64,000 nt of DNA from Lama glama (taxonomy: Eukaryota). Shown one piece after another: positions 25,999-37,979 of the stretch (position 1 is the stretch's first letter; each line of letters opens with the position of its first letter). A program made the position numbers and the translations under genes. The notes under the pieces were generated by a model. It made no database searches, had not been told where the DNA came from, and saw only the letters and a program-made list of their open reading frames with translations. The stretch covers positions 46,316,001-46,380,000 of the forward strand of contig CM052817.1 of assembly GCA_028534125.1 (NCBI GenBank), read 5' to 3'.

Positions 25999-28072
25999 GA
26001 TGAATAGAAACTCAGCGTTAAGAGAAAAAACTGATAAAACACTGTAAACAGAATTATGCTTCAAGAGGTACAGCTTTGTGACAGAGAATGACATATTAGG
26101 AAATAAGTCTCAACATGTAATTAGATTAAAATGACTGTAACATTCAACTGACTGCTGGGTTCTTGGCCTTCATGCCAAGCGAAAAACTGCCACAATGAAT
26201 CAGAAACACTATTCAGACATGATCTTAAATTCCTTGAATTTCAATTGTCTATGTACCAAGTGGAGGTGATCAAATTATGTGCTATGAGAGCTTTGATTCA
26301 ATGCCAGATTGATAGTATATTTAATTTGTAGTAAGCTCTAAATTCTTTATATTGTAAGATGATCAAATCTTCAGGTTTATAAGATCATCTACCACATTAC
26401 CATGATCTTCCAGCTGCTCAGAGGGCTATATGCATAAATTTGTAAGTCACATTAAATATTCCATTTTGACCTATGTCTTATATTTCTCTCCTCAAAAATA
26501 ATTATTTATTCTGACATAGATACCACACATTGTCCTAAAAGTAACCACCATTTGTTGAGTTTTGCTTTATGCCAGTGCTGCTTTACATGCTTGTGGTGTA
26601 TATTCTTGAAACCTTTCAACAATGTTACAAGGCATGTTTTTATTTTACTGATGAGGAAATTGAAACTCAGAGGAGGTAAGTAATCTGGCAAGGTCACAAA
26701 AAGAGAAAGGTAATTATTTTTTTCTTTCAAACGTGTTTGGCCAATGCCCATAACTTTGCTTTAGTCCACCCTGCAGTGGCCCACAGTGAGGGAAGAAACC
26801 TGAGAAGCAGAGGGAAATGGTGGTTCTACAACGTGCCGTGCTCCAGATGATGCTAGAGTCAGAGGTCAGCCACAGTCCTCTGAGGGTCATGTGAACTGGA
26901 CTGATGTTCAAGAACCTTGCTTCTCTTTCTTCTTCTGTGTCAGCTGTATTAGGGCACTGGCTGGGTGGTTCTGTGCATGTGTAGGTTTTGTGGCCCACTG
27001 AGCAGATTTCTTTGAGCTCTAACCTGCTGTTCTGGGTGCAAGTCCATCTGATCTGTTCATGACGGCCCTGATCATCTCGTTCTCTTTTCACAGGACTCCT
27101 AAAAGTAAAAGGCACACCCCTAATCATCTGCTGCTACCATTCTGAAAGCAGAGGATAAAATGTTTCCACAGAGGTACCACACACAGGTGAAGATAAAGTT
27201 CGGGATGTGAGCTGGTGGAATTAATAAGGCACTTGCACAAGGGCTCTGTTTTATGGGAAATATAGAATAAAACAGGACTCTAACCTTGTAATTTTTCTGT
27301 TCCAGCAGAGAAAACATTTCCCCATCTTGCTATTACAGAACCTCCATCTCTCCTCTCTCGCACATCTGGCTAATTTCTGAAAGTCTCTGGAGGATATCTC
27401 AAGAGAACTCTCAAATAAGTAATCATAATCATGGAGTGGGATCACCCATTATTCCTTTTCTTCTGCTCTGGCTCCTTTGCCCAGGAAACTTCTGGCACTG
27501 CTGCCATTATGGTATCCTGCTGGCTTCTCAAGTTCAGCTGGCAATACTGTGTCACACTGTTCTAAGACTGATCTGCTTATGCAGAGAACATCTCTTTCCT
27601 GCCATCATCAACCTGTGACCATCCTTTCAAATACCTGTCTTCTACTTCCTACCTTATTGTTCCTAGTGGAGGGCTGCCTTCTTCTCCAAAGACTTCCAGA
27701 CAATTTAACATGGTGCTGACTCTTTACATTTATGCTTGCTCCAGGACTGCGTTATTATCTGTGAGAGCAAGCCAGAGGACCAATGATAAATGCAGACCCA
27801 GATCTTCCTCCTCCTCTTCCAATCATTCGTGTCTTCCCTCTAGTTATGTAATAAATATATTTTGGTTCTCTGAAGCTTTCTAGTAGCAATCTGGAGAAAA
27901 TACCTAAATCTGCTTCTTCTTAACTGACAAACATTAATAGTAGTTGCATTTATTGAATATTAGCCAGTCCTGATACCATTTTGGTTCCATCCACAATCTC
28001 CAATTCCCCTTCTATAACATAACATTTGTTAACCTAATCAAAATTGCTTTTGGCACTGAAATCCAAATACCC

Positions 28073-29116
28073 TGTGGAAGCTGGAATGATAGCTCCCCAG
28101 TGATACTCTTGTCTTAATCCCCAGAAACTGAGAACATGTTATCTTCCATTTTAAAATGAGCTTTACAGATGTGATTAAATTACAGACCTCACAATGGAAA
28201 GATTATCCTGTGTTACCCAGATGGACTGATAGAATCACTAAGATTCTTACAAAAGGGATGCAGAAAAAGTCAGAATCAGACAGAAGGTGATGTGACAGAG
28301 CAGAAGGACAGAAAGTGTCGGGTAAGGAGAAATTTTCCTCTACCCTTGTAAGTTCCTCTGGCTGATCTAAGATTTAAGTTGACATAAAACTGATTAAGAG
28401 AAGAAAGTCAAACAAAAGTTTAATAATACATATCATGGGAGAGACGCAGGAAAACCAAGTAAAATGGCTAAAGCCCTCGCCTTAAATACCATCTTCAGCT
28501 AAAGACAAGAGAGGATGTTAGGGGTAATGGTTTGAGACTTCAACGGGGGAAAAGGCAATTTACCTGGAGATGGAAAAGCAAATGTTTGGTAAACAATATT
28601 TGCTGGGCCTTGCAGAGACAATGGGACACAGAGTGGACTCTGATCGCAAGGCCCTGACTAGAGTTTCCCCCATCACTCCTGGCCCATTTTCTTTGCAGAT
28701 ATCTCTGGTGATATCTCTTATTATGAGAACAGGTCCTTTATCTAAATTATTTTAGGCAAGTAAGAGGGAAGTAACAAGAAAAACTTTTTGAGCCTTCTGT
28801 TTATTAAAAATAATCGGAAAAGAGATACATTTTGCTGCCCTAAAAAAGAGACTTGAAGAGGCTATGTTGATAGCTTTGAAGATGCAGGAAGATGGTCGTG
28901 AACTATGGAGTATAAATGGCCTCTGCTAACTAAATCGATCAGAGCAATGGAGTCCCCTCAGGCCTCCAGAAGGAGATAGCCTTGTGGACACCTTGACTTT
29001 AGCCCAGTAGAACAAATTTTGATTTTCTGACCTCCAGAACTGTAAGAGAGTAAGTCTGTGTTCTTTAAAACTACTAAATTGGTAATAATTTGTTGCACCA
29101 GCAATAGAAAACCCAA
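28073..29116 (+). mobile_element. MaLR (MLT1D-like) LTR interrupted by a nested ERV1-type LTR
   Basis: ctttacagatgtgattaa...gattatcctgtgttacccagatgg and ...acaccttgactttagcccagt...ttctgacctccagaactgtaagag MLT1 motifs. Confidence 0.75.
28316..28844 (-). mobile_element. ERV1-type solo LTR, antisense
   Basis: Begins tgtcgggtaaggag, ends gctgccctaaa (CA terminus mutated); 4-bp TSD AAAG (28312-28315, 28845-28848). Confidence 0.65.
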
Positions 29117-29192
29117 GTGCTGGGTATTCAGGGGAGGGGGAAAAGGTTAAGGAGTAAAAAAGAAATCTAAGCAAGAAATTTTTGTAAAAAGC

Positions 29193-29198
29193 TTTATT
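29193..29198 (-). terminator. Polyadenylation signal, GRO copy A
   Basis: AATAAA about 690 nt past the stop codon, in the same context (CATGAAAATAAA) as copy B. Confidence 0.75.
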
Positions 29199-29721
29199 TT
29201 CATGTTATTTGTAAAAAATACATCAAAAAATATTTAAACTTCTCTATTCCAAGAGAGAGAGAGAAAATCATTGCATAATTAATACTACACAAGGCATTAT
29301 GCCTTACAAGGAAGACATAAAATGTCCAAGGGATATTCAGAATACTGTCTATTTAAAAGCTTCAGCATCAGAAATGTTGACTACGTGCTATGAAACTGTT
29401 TCAATAAATAGCAACTGACAATCTTCTCATCAGGACAGATAATAATGTACACATACATTCCCCTACCTTAACAGTGATCTATTTGCTTGGATTCCCCCAC
29501 TATTGTCTCCAGCCTTTACCAAAGTGAATGGTACAGTATGGTACCCCCTAGCCCCCCCCAAAATAGTTTAATGAATGAACATTTAAAACATAGCATCTTC
29601 AAATTAAATAATAGAACTGAACTTTGAACATAAAAATTATCTTTTTAAATAACAGTACAGAAAATTGCCAAACACATTCATATCTTTAAATATTAGATAG
29701 AACATCAATATACAAGCTTTG

Positions 29722-29750
29722 AAAAATAAATAAATACATACAAATAAATA
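29722..29750 (-). promoter_or_regulatory. AU-rich element in GRO copy A 3'UTR
   Basis: Sense strand TATTTATTTGTATGTATTTATTTATTT, clustered AUUUA. Confidence 0.8.
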
Positions 29751-29885
29751 GAAGGACTCTCATAAGAAATAGCCAAACACATTAAATGCAGTCTAGGTGG
29801 CCCCAGTAGCTATTCCTTTCTCTTCATTCACTCCAATTCCACTAGGGCTCAGCAGTAGCCAGCAAGCTTCCTCTTTCTCTCCAGA

Positions 29886-31193
29886 TCAGTTGGTGCTGCC
29901 CCTGTGATGAGAAAATAGTTACTGTTAGTAGGACTCAAAAAATTGACCTCATAGCCTTATACCAAGTAGTTGCTACCTAGACCACTGCTGCCTTGTGTGG
30001 CAGAAAATGCCAGGCTCCTAGATGCCATTTAATTAGGAATAAGGAGCCTGTGGTCACAATCTTATTATTAGCTTCAAAAAAAAAAAACAAAAAACAGAAA
30101 GCAATGGATTAAAAAAAAAAGTACATGCATGACATCATTTAAGCCTGATAGCAAATCCCGTGCAGTCGCTGCTATTACTTTCCCCATGTTATTGAGACTT
30201 AAAGAGTTAAATACTTTCCTTGGGGTTACAGGAACAATAAAATGTGGAAACTAAACTTACGGGGTGGGGGTTGGTTTTCACTGCAAAGTCCTCTTCACCA
30301 CTAAGCTTGAGAGGTGTGTGTTGCTCAAAACCAAGGGTTCTACTTTTCAGGTCTGAAACCCATAGGAGACAGACCTAAACAATATCTGTTCCTTAATGCG
30401 TAGGCAGCATTTTAGCATCATTGGCTAAATCTACTTAATCTTTCAGGAACATACATTTACCCACATTCACTGGGGATGGAGAGGGGGATGAGGCACTGGA
30501 AATATCCTTCTGGCGCCAGAGCAGATTCATGACCTTAACAGCAAATTTAATTGTGAAATAATAATGACTTTCAGCCCTGCAGCTAAACCCTAAGTTTCTC
30601 TGATACAGTTTTCAGAAGGTAAGATGTCTGTATTTGTAACCAATTGCTCTAGCCGTACGTGCAAATATAAACCATAACTCACTTGTTTAGCATCTTGTCG
30701 ACTATTTTCTTAACCAAGGGGGCTTCGGGGTTGAGACAAACTTCCTGGCCATTCTTGAGAGTGGCTCTGCAGAGAGAGGGGAGAATCCACGTGAGGCCGG
30801 AGATGGGGCTGGGGGTCGGGGTGGGGGGACAGGGAGGGTAGCGGTGACAAGGACCGCAGCAGCAGCGGCGGCACTTACATGACTTCCGTTTGGCCACAGT
30901 GGGGTCCCGGGGCCGTCACCTTCACGTTCTGGATGTTCTTGAAGTGAATTCCCTGCACGGTCTGCAAGCAGTGGCAGCGCAGTTCGGTGACCACGGGCGC
31001 CCCTGCGGAGAGAGCAGACTCGGTTAGGGGGCCGTCCGGGGATGGGCGCCCAGCCCCCCGCCCCCCCCCCCCGCCCCGGCGATGCCGGGCGCCGCGCCTC
31101 ACCTGCTGCGCGCCGGCCGGCGGCCACCAGGAGCAGGAGCAGCAGCGCGGCGCGGAGGAGCCGGGGGGCGGCGGGGGTCGCGGTGCGGGCCAT
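29886..31193 (-). CDS. CXCL2: GRO-family ELR+ CXC chemokine, copy A (CXCL1/CXCL2-like), 104 aa, 4 exons
   Basis: Exons 31193-31103, 31002-30879, 30766-30683, 29901-29886 (91+124+84+16 nt, all GT-AG). Protein: [104 protein letters not shown]. Family is certain; the CXCL1/2/3 symbol is inferred from position next to MTHFD2L and recalled 3'UTR similarity. Confidence 0.93.
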
Positions 31194-31237
31194 GGGGCTC
31201 AGCTCGGAGGGTCTCAGTCTGCGGCTGTTGGGCTGGC

Positions 31238-31737
31238 NNNNNNNNNNNNNNNNNNNNNNNNNNNNNNNNNNNNNNNNNNNNNNNNNNNNNNNNNNNNNNN
31301 NNNNNNNNNNNNNNNNNNNNNNNNNNNNNNNNNNNNNNNNNNNNNNNNNNNNNNNNNNNNNNNNNNNNNNNNNNNNNNNNNNNNNNNNNNNNNNNNNNNN
31401 NNNNNNNNNNNNNNNNNNNNNNNNNNNNNNNNNNNNNNNNNNNNNNNNNNNNNNNNNNNNNNNNNNNNNNNNNNNNNNNNNNNNNNNNNNNNNNNNNNNN
31501 NNNNNNNNNNNNNNNNNNNNNNNNNNNNNNNNNNNNNNNNNNNNNNNNNNNNNNNNNNNNNNNNNNNNNNNNNNNNNNNNNNNNNNNNNNNNNNNNNNNN
31601 NNNNNNNNNNNNNNNNNNNNNNNNNNNNNNNNNNNNNNNNNNNNNNNNNNNNNNNNNNNNNNNNNNNNNNNNNNNNNNNNNNNNNNNNNNNNNNNNNNNN
31701 NNNNNNNNNNNNNNNNNNNNNNNNNNNNNNNNNNNNN
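31238..31737. other. Assembly gap (500 N)
   Basis: Run of exactly 500 N within the copy A 5'UTR. Confidence 0.99.
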
Positions 31738-31774
31738 GATCGGACTCTGTGACTCCCCGAGGCGGTCGAACGCC

Positions 31775-31890
31775 TTTTATCCTGATGGGACGGGAACCCG
31801 CAGCCCCGGGCAGGGAAATCCCCTGACGCACGGGTCGTTCCGCGGTGCGGAAGGAAGACGCGGCCCCGCCCGGGCCCCGCCCGCCCCACT
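31775..31890 (-). promoter_or_regulatory. GRO copy A promoter: TATA-like GATAAAA, NF-kB site, GC boxes
   Basis: GATAAAA 31781-31775; GGGGATTTCCC 31823-31813; GGGCGG repeats ~31864-31887; the known GRO promoter layout. Confidence 0.85.
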
Positions 31891-33650
31891 CCCGCATAAT
31901 CCGGGGACCCCGGGGTGTGGCCTCCCCACGGGGGAATGAGTCGCCGTGCGAGATGTGGTGTCAGACCTTAGAGACAGGTGTTGTGATGAACGTTAGTTAT
32001 TAAGATTGGGGGAATTAAGGAGAGAGAGGAGGGGAAAATCAGAGAGAACTGATTTTCCATGTGTTAGTTACGCATTAAGAACCTTGGGACTTGATTTTAC
32101 TCATATTTGCATAAATACAGTTAAAATACATGCCACCTCAAATTATACATAAGGAAGTTCCCCTACTTCGTGGTATTTTGCAAGCACGAATAAATCACAC
32201 TTTGTGTCATATCGTCTCGCATTGGTGACGGGATGACAAATATCAAAAGTTTAATTCAATGTTTAAAATAGAACATAGTGTCGTGTTGTAATCCTACCCC
32301 TGTGAAATTCTGGAACTTCCAGAGCTCGAGTAAATCCACGAATACCACCTTTTTGGTATAGAGGGTGTTGATTAATCCATGAAATGAGGGGCTGGTGGTC
32401 ATTTGGAGCTGTTCTGAGAGGGACAGCTGCGTTGGGCTCACAGGTCCACGGTTTCCAGTTTTGTCCAAGCACAGAATAGGTCATAGGGACCGGAAGCAGT
32501 TGTCTAACGTGAGTAATAGCGCCCTTTGCTCGTCTAAGCAGCAGAAAAACGTGCTCCTGTAAAGTGTCTAAGAGCTAGATCATGAATCTAATTTCATTTC
32601 CTTGTTTTATGGCTACAAATCTTATTTCATTTCCAAGTTATATGGACTTTCCTGCTTCCAGTGATCTGATTTCCTCTCTAGAGAAATAATTACAGTCATA
32701 TTTTATTTGTACTGCTTTCTAATAAGACATTTCAAGCTGGTAACTGGAGCCTTTGTCATTGCATAGTTATTTTTCATTCTTAGTTTTAATGTCCTTTCCT
32801 GGATTATACTCAGATAGGTTTCAGATGGTTTAGGAGTGATTCTGGATGCAGATCTGTGAGAGGGGTGGGGATACCCACCAGGTGAAAAGCATGAGCAGGG
32901 AAAGGATGCTGGAGAGGTGGGTGAAGGCACAGAGAAGGACTCTGCCCCATATTCCAGGATAGGAATTTCAGTGCTCCCGATAACTGACATGATATTTAAC
33001 CTGTCTGTGCCTTAGTTTATCTGTAAAATGGAAATTAAAGGTACTTTCCACTTCAACAGGTTGTTATGATGAATAAATGTGTAAACATTTGAAAATATCA
33101 GTACATATTAAAAGCTATAAATAATAAATAAATTAATTAAATAGAAGTTGCTTTTCCATATTACTAAACTGAAATTAACCTGGGGATAAGATCTTCATAC
33201 AAAGAGAACAGAATTATTGCAAACAAAACAAAACAAAACAAAACAAACAACAAACCCCCACAAAATCCTACAGCATAAAATATTTATTTATTTTTCTTAA
33301 GAGAAAACTTAGAATGTTTTGTTGTCTAGTTTAATTGCTGGGTAATTTTATAATTCTAGTTTTAGTCATTTCAACTACAGAATGTGAATAAAGATAAAAA
33401 TGTCCTATCTTGATTATTAGAGATTGTGAATGACTAGATTATGAATAAAGATTTGTCTTTACATTTTATTTGTCAGTAATCATCTGTACAAGTCCTGAGA
33501 AAAAGAACAGACTATGTATTTATTTTTTAAAAAGAAGTAGGAAATGCAGGATGACCTAAAGCTTATAAAACATGAGTTATCTCAGCAATAATTGAGAATT
33601 TGTTTAGATCCTATTGGTATTCTTATTTTGGGGGGATTCTTTTGGAAATA

Positions 33651-34330
33651 CAATTGAATCTTGAACAACGTGGGTTTGAACTGCACAGATCCATATATAT
33701 GTGAATTGTTTTCAATAAATATACTGGAAAATATTTTGGAGATTTGTGGCAATTTGAAAAAAACTCAAAGTCTAAACATGTCACCCAAAATATCGAAAAA
33801 CTTAAGAAAAAGTTTTGTATGTCATGAATGTGTAGAATACATGTACATTCTAGTCTATTCTTATATAGGCATAAGGTGAGTAATATTTAATATAAAATTA
33901 ATGTGTTAATTTTCTTACTGTTTTATAATTTTGCTTTCAAAGAATTACATTACCCTACAGCATGCCTTTCTCTTTCTGTTGGAGAAACTGTGTATCATCA
34001 GCCTGTCATCACAGGTAAATTTTTGAAAAAATGTTTCCACTCCTATGTTATGAATTTGACTGTAGTACTACAGGTGTAAAATTTTTATAGCGATTCATTT
34101 ATTAGTGCACAGGCTAGGCTACCATGAAGCAATCGCATCAATAATACTAGGGTACCATAAAACAGCCCCTTTCCTTCTTCATTATCAATGCATTAATCGA
34201 ACCATTTTTTCAACGTCCCTAGTAACTGACATATTTTATATGCTTACAAGATGCTGAGTAACCATGAAGTGCTGTCATAAATATCACTTTCATGTAACAG
34301 ACAATATTCTAAATCTCTTACGTATGTATA
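33651..34330 (+). mobile_element. Tigger2/MER28-like DNA transposon fragment
   Basis: caattgaatcttgaacaacgtgggtttgaactgcac...ttttggagatttgtggcaatttgaaaaaaactca Tigger2-type 5' end. Confidence 0.7.
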
Positions 34331-36959
34331 AAACCCACTTCATTTTCTCAGCTGCCCCGTGAAGCAGTTACTGGTCTTTTTTCTCCAGTTTTTCTCCACA
34401 AGGAAACTAAGCAAGTTGCCAAGTTTTCACAGTTAATATAATTTCAGATTTGAGCTGCAGGCAGTTTAGCATTAGCCACTCCACAATAAAAAAAAAAAAT
34501 TTCTGGATACAAATGAGAGATAACTTCAGAAGAGCAGTTTTGTTTTGTTTAAATATGTTCGTTATCCTCATTGGTTGAATAGTTCAACTCCACCTTTCCA
34601 AAGCTTAAAAATAACAAACTGTTCAAAAGTCTCCAGTGTTTTATTTTACTAACAGTGAGAATCTTCTTTTGTGGCATGAATATTATCAACTTAATTTTAA
34701 AATCCATGTCTATTTGTCTATTTGATTTTCCAAATCAGTGGACTTCACCTTCAGAATCGGGTCAGTGGGAATGAAGATTCTACCCTTAGAGCTTGCCAGG
34801 AGGGGCACTGAGCATATTAATCAGCTCTTATTTACTGAAATAAGAATCATAGTTTTCTGCTGACCCAGTTTGGGTCATATTTTAATATCTGAAATATTTT
34901 GCCTTCAGCATTCAGGCTACTAAGATGTTTTCTCTTTTTATGACTTAAGAAAACAGAGAATATTTGCTCTAATGCTTTCCAGATCTAACCCAGAGTATTG
35001 GCGTAAACCAGTACTCAGGGTGAATGAATAGAATGTCAAAAAATTTACAGTAGTAGCCAAAAAGGATGAAACAGTTCAAGAAGCAGCCTCATATTTCTAG
35101 AATTATCTATAACTTTATGCCTAAGACTTATGTAATAAACATCAATTGTTTATAAAATTAAGTACAAAGGAAAGGGTTTTCTTCTTCTTTAATATATCAA
35201 CCCACAAATTTCAATCCCTGTTGGCACCCTATTTATTTTTCAGAAAATTTAAAAAGCAGCGATGTTCTGAAACCTACTAAAATAATCCAATTCTTTTTTG
35301 CTTTAACAAAGATCTTCCGTAACTAATTACTCATTTTATGAGGTGAATGGCGAATGTATATGCCCAAACTTTCAGCTAATGCAATCCCCAAGTTTAAAGA
35401 AATAGAGCTAACCCTAAAATAAAAAGCATTGCTTGCTAAATTTCATTTTCAGCTACCGTATTTACTGCATCTTGCATATTTGATTGACACTGTCTAATCT
35501 GCCTTTAGAATGTGGAGTTGCTGCTGCATCCTGAGACTACAGAGCTGCAGGAATGAGTAGTGCCGTGCCTTATTTTGTTGCAATTACTACTTTGGGTAGA
35601 ATGAGTCTGACTCAGAGAGGAAAAGAATAAAGAATAAAGAATAAAGACGTTGGATCCTTTCACTTCTGAAGTCCAGAGTGTTTCATCCAGTGTCAATGTC
35701 ATCCATGTGGTCCAGTGCACTTGTCTTTTCTGCTTGCCTTCAGCCCCTTCTTCCTTATTCTGGTTACAAAACCTTGGCTTTCCTGTGGGAACCATCTTTT
35801 CTTCCTCCCAGTCGAGGTAGCTCAGGTAGGGTGACCCTGCTCCAAATTTTCAGGAGTGAGCTGATGTCCCAAAGTAGAGTCAGTCAGTCCTTCCAGTCTG
35901 GGTCCAACTCTCAGTCACTCTAGGGTACAGAAGTGGGTGAGTGACGTAAGTCTGACCAAATCAGAAAAATCCCTAGAGTCTTTTTTGTCAGGACATGGTT
36001 GGAAAAACAAGCCCTTGATTCCTTCTGGGTCATTATATCTGGCAGAACAGAAGCTTGACACTTTGCCAGTGCTTGAGGAGATCTTGCCTAAAATGAAGCC
36101 AGCTCTGGGAAAAACAGCCTGATCTGGAGTGAGACTGTCACTGCAGAGAAGTTTTAAACTGAAGCACTGGGCTTTATCTCATCTCAGTCTTTTAGTTTCA
36201 CAGGTCAAATGATCCCCCCTCTTCATTTAAGACAATTTGACTTAGGTTTTTGTTACTGACTCCACTTACTGCTAGACTTATCTTACTAACAGAGGGTGTT
36301 TCAACTCAGATTTAATTCTTTTCTTTCTCCGTTTGTTTCAGCATTTTTAGTGATCATTTTTTCTGTAATTTGTAAGGTGGGAATGAAGTTTGGTGTCGGG
36401 GATATAAAGAGGAATAAGACACTCTGCTAACCTCTAACTCTTGATAGAGTAAGAGAGATGAATATACAAATAGAAAATGTTTAGAAAGGCCTGGTAAGTA
36501 TCATGGTAAATTATTCCCAATGTATTAGGAGCGAGTCCCGGTACAACTCTTATAGAGTAGGTTTATGAGAGATGTCAGAGAAGTTTTCCTAAAAGAGGTG
36601 CTCACTCTTGAGAATCATAAGGATGAGAAGTTTTCCTGTTAAATGGGAATACTGAGGGGTGGAGAACATTCTAGGAGAGGGCAAATTAAATACTTGGACA
36701 GCAAGCGGCTCCTGCAGCTAGAGATCACTCTGTGAGTAGGGAGAAGGGAGAGACAGTGGCAGGAGAAGGTGGCACAGTTTGGACACTGGAGGCCCGTAGG
36801 ATCCTGCTTGTCTGTTAAGACCCAGTTTGGATATTGCCTCCACTGGGAAGTCTCTACATGCATGTCAAGGTGTTTCTATGGCCCTCTTGCCACGGGGAAG
36901 GTGGGAAGTCTCGGGTAACCTAAAGATTCAGGTATGTGCAGAAAGTGAGGGGGTAGTAG

Positions 36960-37292
36960 ATATTGCAAAAACAAAGAATAAACAGAAACTTGAATTAAAT
37001 AGAGTTGAGAGACCAGAAGAGGGAGCTCTCACACACTGTGACAAAAGCAGAGCTTAACAAGAAGAAAGTCTCCTTTCCTGGCAAGAACCCAGGCAATGAA
37101 AAGCTATGGGCTCTTTGTTTACTCCAGCTCTCCCAACTGTCTTTGCCCTCTATAAAACCTTTCTCCTTCCCTTGCCATGTGGGGACCTGCACGTGGCTCA
37201 CCATGTTTGCAGACCCCAAACTGCAGTTCTCTGCTGATCCGAAATAAACCCATCTTTGCTGGAGAAATATCTGGTAGTCTGTTTCAGATCAA
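36960..37292 (+). mobile_element. ERV1-like LTR
   Basis: ctataaaacc TATA-like motif and aataaacccatctttgctggagaaatatctggtagtctgtttc LTR-type 3' end. Confidence 0.55.
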
Positions 37293-37979
37293 AAATACTA
37301 AACCAAAAGATATTTATTAAGCATATACAATATACAAGAAATTGTGGTCAGTTTTGCAAAAGACACATAGTGGACAGAGCTGAACCATGAAGTTCTTCTT
37401 CACTACCTAGTGTGCATGCTTTCTTCTGCAACATAGCTAGTCTTTCCTTCTGTTCCTGTGGTAAAGACATCCTGATGAAGTTAAAATCTATAATCATTTA
37501 AATTCATTTCAGTTAACTCTGATTACCATCTAATATATTAAATTTGGGCATTATGTGAAGGCTTTTAAAAGGATAGATTTCAATATAAACTTTGTATTTC
37601 CATTTGCTTAAGATTGTTTTTTAAACATTTGCAGAAGTAATTAAATTGCATTACATATAATATAAGCCAAAGAAATACAGAAACGCCAAAGTTACCAAAA
37701 AATATGTCAAGAAATAGAGACAGAAAATGAGGAAATGTTTATGTGAAAGTATCTTTAATCACACTTGGTTCTGATGGGCATGAAAACAGCATGATGATTC
37801 TGTTCTGATGCTTCCTGTATTATAGACACAAAATTTAGGAAGTTGCAAAATGAGTTATAAACCACAGCAAATATATCATGTACAGTGATATGTTACATAT
37901 TTCAGCTAGGAAAGTTACAGTCATCATAAAAATCTTGATGATCAGAGCATATCCTCTATAATCATTCAACATTCTGAAA

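Noticed and set aside
26714..27840. Repeat-poor stretch with several short ORFs, resembling a processed pseudogene
   Set aside because: No recognisable protein, poly(A) tail or TSD; would need a BLAST/Dfam search.
30702..31939. ORFs of 227-395 aa
   Set aside because: They read through the N gap.
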